Below, in pieces: positions 38,001 to 50,000 of a DNA stretch of 64,000 bases; positions within the stretch are counted from its first letter, which is position 1; every line of letters starts with the position of its first letter. This DNA is from Antedon mediterranea (taxonomy: Eukaryota; Animalia; Echinodermata). The notes under the pieces are model-generated. The model saw only the letters and a program-made list of their open reading frames with translations. It did not search any database and had not been told where the DNA came from. The stretch spans positions 24,755,365-24,819,364 of the forward strand of contig NC_092678.1 in NCBI RefSeq assembly GCF_964355755.1, in the 5' to 3' direction. Made by a program: the position numbers and the translations under genes.

Positions 38001-41000
38001 TTTTTCAGTTTGAGAAACTGTTTCAAGGATTGGCGTAGTTGCCTTAGCTGATATTGTATCATCTTTAATAGATTTAGCATCTTTTGGGAGTTCTTTTGTA
38101 GAATCAATGATTTGAATAGGTTCCTTTGTAACTTTTTGTTCTATGGTAGGAATGGATGTTGGTTTAAATGTGCTAATAAATCCTGTTTCTTTATCGGGTG
38201 TAACGGTTTCTACCTCTCCAGAACCCATTTCATCAGAAATTTTAGATTTAGTGGAAGCTTCGACAACTATTGGAACTTCAGTTGGTAGAATAGTTACAAA
38301 TTTAGCAATGTCTTTTGGTTTTTGATCCTCTACTATGGCAGCCGTTGTTGTTGAATCTACAGTTTTAACTAATTCTACATTTGGAATAGGTGATGGTTTT
38401 AATGTTCTCATTTCTGATTCAAAAAGAGGCATCTCAGTTCCAGATCCAGTTTCGTCAACTGATTCATTAGCAGAAACTGGCAACGATACAACAGTTGTTG
38501 AACCAACTTCAATTGGTTTTGAAGTGGTTGATGGTACATTAATTCCTTCATCTATATGTTTAGAAGTAGTAGACTGAAATTCGTTTGGCTGGTGTACTGG
38601 TGTTACTAGCTCCATAGTGGTAACATCATGAATCTCCTCTACAACCTCAGGAGTGGTTGGTGAAATCTGAAGTGATTTTTCAGTTGATGTAATGTCTTTA
38701 ATTTCATCTAGTTTTAAATCTTTCGTCCCGTCACCTTCAATAATTTCAACAAGTGGGGTCATCGTTTCTTTAATTGTTGCTGTAGTGTGTTCTATTGGTT
38801 TACTTTCTTCTTTAATGCTCTCACTAATACTGTCTTGAGGTTGTGCAGTCTTTTCTACCTGAACATCAACCGTTGTTGAATATGAGTCAAATGTTGGTGT
38901 AGTTACCTTAGCTGATATTGCATCTTCTTTTAAAGCTTTATCACCTTTAGAGTGTTCTTTTGTAAAATCAATAACTTTAACAGGTTGTTTAGTAATTTTT
39001 TGCTCAAATGTAGGTGTTAGTTTAAATGTGGTAATAAAGCTTGGTTCCTTATCAGGTGTATCGGTCTCTAACTCTCCAGAAGCAATTTCAGTTACCTTTT
39101 GTGCTACTGTAAACTCATCAGAAGTTTCAGTGGACTTAGCTGTAGTAGTCTGTACATCTTGTGGCTGTTGAATTGGTGTTACTGGCTGTATTTCAGTATC
39201 AACCACCTCTACATGATGAGGAGTAGTTGGCTGCAACTCAAGTGGTTTTTCAGTTTGAGAAACTGTTTCAAGGATTAGTGTAGTTGCCTTAGCTGATATT
39301 GTATCATCTTTAATAGATTTAGCATCTTTAGGATGTTCTTTTGTAGAATCAATGATTTGAATTGATTCCTTTGTAGCTTTTTGTTCTATGGTAGGAATGG
39401 ATGTTGGTTTAAATGTGCTAATAAATCGTGTTTCTTTATCGGGTGTAACGGTTTCAACCTCTCCAGAACCCATTTCATCAGAAATTTTAGATTTAGTGGA
39501 AGCTTCGACAACTATTGGAACTTCAGTTGGTAGAATAGTTACAAATTGAGCAATGTCTTTTGGTTTTTGATCCTCTACTATGGCAGCCGTTGTTGTTGAA
39601 TCTACAGTTTTAACTAATTCTACATTTGGAATAGGTGATGGTTTTAATGTTCTCATTTCTGATTCAAAAAGAGGCATCTCAGTTCCAGATCCAGTTTCGT
39701 CAACTGATTCATTAGCAGAAACTGGCAACGATACAACAGTTGTTGAACCGACTTCAATTGGTTTTGAAGTGGTTGATGGTACATTAATTCCTTCATCTAT
39801 ATGTTTAGAAGTAGTAGACTGAAATTCGTCTGGCTGGTGTACTGGTGTTACTAGCTCCATAGTGGTAACATCATGAATCTCCTCTACAACCTCAGGAGTG
39901 GTTGGTGAAATCTGAAGTGATTTTTCAGTTGATGTAATGTCTTTAATTTCATCTAGTTTTAAATCTTTCGTCCCGTCACCTTCAATAATTTCAACAAGTG
40001 GGGTCATCGTTTCTTTAATTGTTGCTGTAGTGTGTTCTATTGGTTTACTTTCTTCTTTAATGCTCTCACTAATACTGTCTTGAGGTTGTGCAGTCTTTTC
40101 TACCTGAACATCAATCGTTGTTGAATATGAGTCAAATGTTGGTGTAGTTCCCTTAGCTGATATTGCATCTTCTTTTAAAGCTTTATCACCTTTAGAGTGT
40201 TCTTTTGTAAAATCAATAACTTTAACAGGTTGTTTAGTAATTTTTTGCTCAAATGTAGGTGTTAGTTTAAATGTGGTAATAAAGCTTGGTTCCTTATCAG
40301 GTGTATCGGTCTCTAACTCTCCAGAAGCAATTTCAGTTACCTTTTGTGCTACTGTAAACTCATCAGAAGTTTCAGTGGACTTAGCTGTAGTAGTCTGTAC
40401 ATCTTGTGGCTGTTGAATTGGTGTTACTGGCTGTATTTCAGTATCAACCACCTCTACATGATGAGGAGTAGTTGGCTGCAACTCAAGTGGTTTTTCAGTT
40501 TGAGAAACTGTTTCAAGGATTAGTGTAGTTGCCTTAGCTGATATTGTATCATCTTTAATAGATTTAGCATCTTTAGGATGTTCTTTTGTAGAATCAATGA
40601 TTTGAATAGATTCCTTTGTAACTTTTTGTTCTATGGTAGGAATGGATGTTGGTTTAAATGTGCTAATAAATCCAGTTTCTTTATCGGGTGTATCGGTTTC
40701 TACCTCTCCAGAACCCATTTCATCAGAAATTTTAGATTTGGTAGAAGCTTCAACAACTATGGGAACAGTTGGTTGAATAGTTACAATTTGAGCAATGTCG
40801 TTTGGTGTTTGATCCTCTACTATGGCAGCTGTTGTTGTTGGCATTTCAGTTCCAGATCCAGTTTCGTCAACTGATTCATTAGCAGAAACTGGGGACGTAG
40901 TATTTAATTTAATGTTTTCAGGTGTTTCATCAATTTTTTGAGATACGACTGTTGTTGAATCAACTGCAATTGATTTTGAAGTGGTTGATGGTACATTAAT

Positions 41001-44000
41001 TCCTTCAGGAGTGGTTTGTGAAAACTCAAATGATTTTGCAGTTGATGTAATCTCTTCAATTTCATCAAGTTTTGAATCTTTCTTCACATCAGGTACATCT
41101 GTTTCTACAAATACCTTATCGGATACTGGCAATGCCGTAGACACAATATCTTCAACAGTGACAAGTTTTGTTTTGTGAAATGTTTCTGTAGTTAAATCAA
41201 CAGCTATTGGTTTTAAAGTTGTTAAAGGTACTTCAGTTTTCTGTGCTGTCAATTTAGCAGCAGTAGTTCGTACTTCTTCTGGTTGTTGCATTGGTGTTAC
41301 TTGATTTACTGTTGTAACAACTTCTTTTGCAAGTTCTGTTGAAGTGTCAATTACAGGTTCTTTTGTTACTTTCTTTTCTACGATAGGAACTGAAGTTGGT
41401 TTAAATGTGCTAATAAACACTGAATCTTCATCAGGTACATCTGTTTCTGTGTCTAATGCACTACCTTCAGTAACTGGTTCAACTGTATCAGAAACCTTTG
41501 ATTTAGTGGAAGCTTCAACTTTTGGAACTTCAGTTGGCATACTTGTTATAATTTTGTAAATGTCTCCTTTCGTGGCTGTTTTTGTACCTATTGTCGGAGA
41601 CGTTTTATTTATGTTTAATTCCACAACTGGTGTTTTAGTTTCAGGTATTTCTTCTACTAATACCTTATCGGATACAGGCAGTATTGTAGACACAACATCA
41701 CCTACAGTGAGAAGTTGTTCTGTTTTGTCAACTTTTTCTGTTGATAAATCCACAGCTCTTAAAGTTATTGAAGGAACTTTAGTTTTCTGTTCTGCCAATT
41801 TAGGTGCAGTAGTCTGTACTTCTTCTGGTTGTTGCATTAGTGTTACTAGATTTACTGTTGTAACAACTTCTTTTGCAAGTTCTGTTGAAGTGTCAATTTC
41901 AGGTTCTTTTGTAACTTTCTGTTCTACGATAGAAACTGAAGTTGGTTTAAATGTGTTAATAAACAATGAATCTTCATCAGGTACATCTGTTTCTACGTCT
42001 AAGGCACTACCTTCAGTAACTGGTTCAACTGTATCAGAAACCTTTGATTCAGTGGAGGCTTCAACTTTTGGAACTTCAGTTGGCATACTTGTTATAATTT
42101 TGTGAATGTCTTCCTTCGTAGCTGTTTTTGTACTTATTGTCGGAGATGTTTGATTTATGTTTAATTCCACAAATGGCGGCGCTTTAGTTTCAGATATAAT
42201 GTTTTCTGCAAATACCTTACCGGATACTGGCATGGCCGTAGACGCAAAATCATCTACATAGAGAAGTTCTGTTCTGTCAAATGTTTCTGTTGTTAAATCA
42301 ACAGCTACAGGTTTTACAGTTGTTGTTTTCTGTTCTGCCAATTTAGCAGCAGTAGTTCGTACTTCTTCTGGTTGTTGCATTGGTGTTACTGGATTTACTG
42401 TTGTAACAACTTCTTTTGCAAGTTCTGTTAAAGTGTCAATTTCAGATTCTTTTGTAACTTTATGTTCTATGATAGGAACTGAAGTTGGTTTAAATGTGTT
42501 AATAAACACTGAATCTTCATCAGGTACATCTGTTTCTACGTCTAAGGCACTACCTTCAGTAACTGGTTCAACTGTATCAGAAACCTTTGATTTAGTGGAG
42601 GCTTCAAGTTTTGGAACTTCAGTTGGCATTATTGTTAAAATTTTGTGAATGTCTCCTTTCGTGGCTGTTTTTGTACCTATTGTTGGAGAAGTTTTATTTA
42701 TGTTTAATTCCACAAATGTCGGCACTTTAGTTTTAGATATAATGTTTTCTACAAATACATTATCGGATACTGGCAATGCCGTAGACACAATATCATCAAC
42801 AGTGAAAAGTTCTGTTTTGTGAAATGTTTTTGTTGTTAAATCAACAGCTATTGGTTTTAAAGTTGTTGAAGGTACTTTAGTTTTCTGTTCTATTAATTTA
42901 GCAGCAGTAGTCTGTACTTCTTCTGGTTGTTGCATTGGTGTTACTGGATTTACTGTTGTAACAACTTCTTTTGCAAGTTCTGTTAAAGTGTCAATATCAG
43001 ATTCTTTTGTAACTTTATGTTCTATGATAGGAACTGAAGTTGGTTTAAATGTGTTAATAAACACTGAATCTTCATCAGGTACATCTGTTTCTACGTCTAA
43101 GGCACTACCTTCAGTAACTGGTTCAACTGTATCAGAAACCTTTGATTTAGTGGATGCTTCAAGTTTTGGAACTTCAGTTGGCATTATTGTTAAAATTTTG
43201 TGAATGTCTCCTTTCGTGGCTGTTTTTTTACCTATTGTTGGAGAAGTTTTATTTATGTTTAATTCCACAAATGTCGGCACTGTAGTTTTAGATATAATGT
43301 TTTCTACAAATACGTTATCGGATACTGGCAATGCCGTAGACACAATATCATCAACAGTGAGAAGTTCTGTTTTGTGAAATGTTTTTGTTGTTAAATCAAC
43401 AGCTATTGGTTTTAAAGTTGTTGAAGGTACTTTAGTTTTCTGTTCTATTAATTTAGCAGCAGTAGTCTGTACTTCTTCTGGTTGTTGCATTGGTGTTACT
43501 GGATTTACTGTTGTAACAACTTCTTTTGCAAGTTCTGTTAAAGTGTCAATATCAGATTCTTTTGTAACTTTATGTTCTATGATAGGAACTGAAGTTGGTT
43601 TAAATGTGTTAATAAACACTGAATCTTCATCAGGTACATCTGTTTCTACGTCTAAGGCACTACCTTCAGTAACTGGTTCAACTGTATCAGAAACCTTTGA
43701 TTTAGTGGCTGCTTCAAGTTTTGGAACTTCAGTTGGCATTATTGTTAAAATTTTGTGAATGTCTCCTTTCGTGGCTGTTTTTGTACCTATTGTTGGAGAA
43801 GTTTTATTTATGTTTAATTCCACAAATGTCGGCACTTTAGTTTTAGATATAATGTTTTCTACAAATACGTTATTGGATACTGGCAATGCCGTAGACACAA
43901 TATCATCAACAGTGAGAAGTTCTGTTTTGTGAAATGTTTTTGTTGTTAAATCAACAGCTATTGGTTTTAAAGTTGTTGAAGGTACTTTAGTTTTCTGTTC

Positions 44001-47000
44001 TATTAATTTAGCAGCAGTAGTCTGTACTTCTTCTGGTTGTTGCATTGGTGTTACTGGATTTACTGTTGTAACAACTTCTTTTGCAAGTTCTGTTAAAGTG
44101 TCAATTTCAGGTTTTTTTGTAACTTTCTGTTTTATAACAGGAACTGAAGTTGGTTTAAATGTGCTAATATACACTGGATCTTCATCAGGTACATCTGTTT
44201 CTATGTCTAATGCACTCCCTTCAGTAACTGGTTCAACTGTATCAGAAACCTTTGATTTAGTGGAAGCTTCAAATTTTGTAACTTCAGTTGGCATACTGGT
44301 TATAATTTTGTGAAAGTCTCCTTTCGTGGCTGTTTTTGTACCTATTGTCGGAGACGTTTTATTTATGTTTAATTCCACAACTGGTGTTTTAGTTTCAGGT
44401 ATTTCTTCTACTAATACGTTATCGGATACAGGCAGTATTGTAGACGCAACATCACCTACAGTGAGAAGTTCTGTTTTGTGAAATGTTTCTGTAGTTAAAT
44501 CAACAGCTATTGGTTTTAAAGTTGTTGAAGGTACTTTAGTTTTCTGTTCTATTAATTTAGCAGCAGTAGTCTGTACTTCTTCTGGTTGTTGCATTGGTGT
44601 TGCTGGATTTACTGTTGTAACAACTTCTTTTGCAAGTTCTGTTAAAGTTTCAATTTCAGTTTCTTTTGTAACTTTCTGTTCTACAATAGGAACTGAACTT
44701 GGTTTAAATGTGCTAATAAACACTGATTCTTCATCAGGTACATCTGTTTCTGTGTCTACTGCGCTACCTTCAGTAACTGGTTCAATGTCTGAATATTCTT
44801 GTGATCCAGATACACTAAAATCCATTGAAGAGGTAAATTTGTCTGTACTGTAAATCGATGTTACTTTAAAGCTATTCGTTGGTGGCTCTGAGGTTTGAGA
44901 AATATTTTCTCCTTCTGATACAATTGAAATAGTAGTATTTAAGATGTTTATTTCTTTTGGTTTCTTTGTATTTAATGGTCGAGTTGGTGGTGGAACAGGT
45001 GGCGGAAGAACAGGTGGCGGAAGAACAGGTGGCGGAAGAATAGATTCTGTTACATTTAGCTGGTTTGTGTTTGTCTCTATAATGACAGTTTCTGTGAATG
45101 GTTGTTGTTCTGCAGTAGTTGTCTCTGTATAAATTACAGTATCAATTATTTCTTTCTCTGTTGGTGTTGACTTTTGTGTATCCTGTTGTTGTGATGTAGT
45201 CATATCAAGAATTTGAATTGCTTCAGTTGTTCCAACCTTTTCATCAATTATTTCTTTCTCTGTTGGTATTGACTTTTGTGTATCCTGTTGTTCTAATGTA
45301 GTTGTGTCCACAATTTTAGTTGCTTCAGTTGTTTCTACCTTTTCATCAATTATTTCTTTCTCTGTTGGTGTTGACTTTTGTGTATCCTGTTGTTGTAAAG
45401 TAGTTGTATCAAGAATTTGAATTGCTTCAGTTGTTTCTACCTTTTCATCAATTATTTCTTTCTCTGTTGGTGTTGCCTTTTGTGTATCCTGTTGTTGTAA
45501 TGTAGTTGTATCAATGCTTTGAGTTGCTTCAGTTGTTTCTACCTTTTCATCAATTATTTCTTTCTCTGTTGGTGTTGCCTTTTGTGTATCCTGTTGTTGT
45601 AAAGTAGTTGTATCAAGAATTTGAGTTGCTTCAGTTGTTCCAACCTTTTCATCAATTATTTCTTTCTCTGTTGGTGTTGCCTTTTGTGTATCCTGTTGTT
45701 GTGATGTAGTCATATCAAGAATTTGAATTGCTTCAGTTGTTCCAACATTTTCATCAATTATTTCTTTCTCTGTTGGTATTGACTTTTGTGTATCCTGTTG
45801 TTGTAATGTAGTTGTATCAATGCTTTGAGTTGCTTCAGTTGTTTCTACCTTTTCATCAATTATTTCTTTCTCTGTTGGTGTTGCCTTTTGTGTATCCTGT
45901 TGTTCTAATGTAGTTGTATCAATGCTTTGAGTTGCTTCAGTTGTTTCTACCTTTTCATCAATTATTTCTTTCATTGTTGGTGTTGCCTTTTGTGTATCCT
46001 GTTGTTGTAAAGTAGTTGTATCAATGCTTTGAGTTGCTTCAGTTGTTTCTACCTTTTCATCAATTATTTCTTTCTCTGTTGGTGTTGCCTTTTGTGTATC
46101 CTGTTGTTGTAAAGTAGTTGTATCAATATTTTGAGTTGCTTCAGTTGTTTCTACCTTTTCATCAATTATTTCTTTCTCTGTTGGTATTGACTTTTGAGTT
46201 GGCTTTTGTGTATCTGGTTGTTCTGGAGGCGTCTTATCCAAAATAATTGTTGCTATGGTTGTGTCTATCTTCCTGAGTAATTTTTTGTTTTCTGTTGTTG
46301 TTGGATGTTGTTTATCCAGTTCTCTCTCAGTAACTGTGTCTGCAATTACATTTGCTTTTGTAGTTACCGACTTTTCTGTTTCTTTCTCTGTTGGTATTGA
46401 TTTTAGAGTTGGCTTTTGTGTATCTGGTTGTTCAGGAGGCGTCTTATCCAAAATAATTGTTGCTATGGTTGTGTCTATCTTCCCGAGTAATTTTTCTTTT
46501 TCTGTTGTTGTTGGATTTTGTTTATCCATTTCTCCCTCTGTAACTGTGTCTGCAATTACATTTGATTTTGTAGTTACCGACTTTTCATCAAATTGGCTTA
46601 CTTCTGTCGTTAGTTGTTTTACTTCTTCTTGTTTTAATGTTGTTGTGTCGATAACTACAGGTGCTGTTGTTGCCTTTTCTGTTGGTATTATTGTTATGAA
46701 CGGCTTCTGTGTTCCCTTTTTGCTTAAGGTTATTGCATCTGTTATTACAATTGTTTCTGTTGTTTCCACTTTTTCTACAACTGATTCTGTTGGTTTCTGT
46801 GTATCCTTAAATGTTGGTGTGTCCGATGATTTTGTTGTTTTTACAATTGTTGGTGTAGTAGCTAATTCTTCAACAAATATTTTATCAATACTTGATGTTG
46901 GTGAATGTTCTATCTTCTTTGTTATTGTATCTGTGACAGGCTCCTTTTTCTTTGACGTTACTAAGTCCTTTCCATCCTTTCGAGTGGCATCAATATTTAC

Positions 47001-50000
47001 TGTGGTGCTGTGTGTGCCTGTTGGAAGAATGGTCCATTTTCCTTTTGCAACTAAAAGTTTAAAAATTAAGCAATACACTAATTATCTTGTATAAATTCTT
47101 TTTCAGTATCTATATATGTTGTTGGTCACAAAAGTAGAAAATATTGAGATGTGCGTGTTATATTCTTTTATTGAAAACGTTGTATATCCTAACATATCTT
47201 GAGGACTGAATAGCCATCAAGAATCTTCTGACTGGTCATAAGGTTCTTTAATGATCAGTTGGATGGACCACCCTCGTTAAATATTGTTGAATTAAAATAC
47301 AAAATAAAAAATACTGATGAAAAACGGTTTCAGTAAGAACTCGTTTTTATAGTCATTGCATCTATTCCTATAATAAAAAATACCTGCTTACTTTTTATAG
47401 TGCATTCGCCTTCATATAATTCTTGTACATTATTTTTATCAAGACAGTTTTCATACTCCATAATACAGCTGTTATCATAAGTCCTTGAATTCATTCCACA
47501 TACTGGGTTGTAAGAGTACATGCCACAGCGAATTTTCCGACATTTTCTCCTCCTTCCTTACCCAAAAAAAAAAGACTACTATTTTAGATTAACAGTGAAA
47601 AAGTACGAAAAAAAAAAAAATAATGAAAAATAGTAGGCCTAGACAATGACAATAATTATTTCCTTTTTTAATGAAAGCCACAAAAGAGAAAAAACACTGA
47701 ACAAGTATTATTATAAATGTCATAAAATATAACAGATGCTATAGTATTTATATATTTAGAGATTCTGACTGTTTTACCTCATCAATGTGCTTATTAAATT
47801 TCTCTAATGAGATTCAGCCGCTGTTACCCACATTTTTCAGTAATTTACTTTTTTATTTATACAGATTAATAATCATATTATATTGTTGTTTACACATCCT
47901 TATTACTTGTGTATACTTTATTTTAATATGTTTCAAATTTATATAAATTTGAATGTGACAAAAAAAATTTTTTTGTAAATGTTTCCAATTTAATCTTTTT
48001 CAGCCTTGACTGATTGTAATATTCTTTTTTACATAAACAAATTAATATGTATATAAACATCAAATTTACAAGAAAATTGAACTACATAACAAACATATCT
48101 TTAAAACAAACTTTGATTACTTACGATGATCTATACCACATGGTCCGTAAGATACTCGACGAAGAGACGGATTATTAGTCTGACATGCCACTACGTTTAT
48201 CACGGCTTGGTTGAGATACGTTCGGCCGTCTGTAGCACACATTGGTCGATAGTCCTTACGAAATGTATTAGCACAATATGTAAAAATACCTAATAGGGAA
48301 AAAAAGTCAATTATCTCAAAACTGGACACTAAATTTGTAGGTAGTTTGCAGTACTTATGTGAGACTTAAACAGGGATGTAGATAGTTTAAGTGCAAGTGG
48401 GAAAAATAAAGAAGTACAGTACAGTTGAAATGCGTTCCAAGACTGGAATACTTGGAAGGTGATGTCTCACCTCTGCCTAACACAATTAATTACACAACAA
48501 CAGGACGATGATTTAAAGCAATAAATATAAGTCTACTTTTGTTTAAAAGGAAACACTGAACAGTGATACATTTAAAGAGATAGTGTTGAATTAATATGCC
48601 ACTCCAAATGCCTCTTTGTCAGACTTCCTTATGGAGTATTCAAGAGGACAAGTACCAAGTGAATAAATCAAATGAATAAAGATATGATGAATGTGAGGGT
48701 CCCTAATGATCAGCTTCATCAAATATTGTTGTAAATTTGTACACTACCTGTGGCTTTTGTAGGACAGTAACCATCGCATATCTTTCCCAGCGATGGCTTG
48801 TTTTCACATCTTTCTTTATTCAATAAACACTCGTTGTTATACACAACATGATCCGTGCCACATACTGGTACTATCATGCTGGAACAACCACGGGGACAAA
48901 CAGTTGTAGCTATAAGAATGGAAACAAATAATTATTACGAGAGCTAAAAAAATAAAATTAGTTAAATGAACACGGTAGAATCCTTAGTCAGGAGACACCA
49001 GATTGGTAGGGGAAACTTGCCCATTAACACAATATCTAACCATCCTTCCCCCGATCCTTCCCTAAACAGAAACAAATTGGTAACAAATCATGGAAAGGTA
49101 ATGTCTGAACAAGGCAATCTAACAACAGGATAATGAGCTCCGGAGATCAAAGGGTTTATCTGTGGCTGCTACATGATCGATTGGCCAATTGGCTTTCCAA
49201 AATGTTATTTTAACAGACACTGAGCCACAGAGAATATGTACATAGTACAGTTAACTGTTGTCACAACCAGACATAAGATCAAAGGACTGTTACAAGTTCC
49301 TATCATGGCAAGGCGTGTTCAGTGTCCTGTTGTTAGATTGGCTTAGCATGAATGATGGAAAACGAAGATGATAGATTTCCCATTAAAATTGAAATAAACA
49401 GACTGGGGTATAGGTATTGCTGATAGTATAAAGCATGAACTAAGTTTAATAAATGTAAATACCTGGTATTCCAGTAGGTCTGCATTTTCCCACGTGAGTG
49501 ACTGTAATATGACTAAGTTGCTTGCATGCGTATATATACATGATACATTCGCTGTGATATGTTTCTCCGTCTGAACCACATACTGGCGCATAGTACCTTT
49601 CACATTTCCTACTGCAGCGGTCATTTTCTGCACAAAACAAACAAAATACCCTCTTTGAGTTGATGCACTAGCTAGTCTATTGCCTTTTTGAAATGTGATC
49701 CTGTATATCATTCATATTTTCACCAATTGGTAGGAAATTTTAAAAATAAGTAAATCAATTCTTACCATCATATTCAAATGGATCGAATGCATTTGTTAAT
49801 TGTAATATTCCAAGTAGAGTTAATATTAAAATGAATTCCTGTTGAGAACAAAATGCTTCTGGTTAAATTACATTGCACACAAATTATAAATTTATTAAAC
49901 TTAAAATAATTTTTGTTTTACTTTTGTGTTTTTTTTTTGGGAGTTGAATACCTCATTTTCAGATGAGGTTGGCTAATAGATCGAACCTAAAACAAGCCTT

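Noticed and set aside
47051-47078. ORF-track start MYCLIFKLLV of the 7384-aa ORF
   Set aside because: It is intronic; the true exon begins after TTTTAG at 47050
24976-47094. Dozens of plus-strand ORFs (e.g. the repeated MAAVVVESTV... 80-aa ORFs and a 279-aa ORF at 46255)
   Set aside because: They are antisense shadows of the repetitive giant exon and recur with its periodicity
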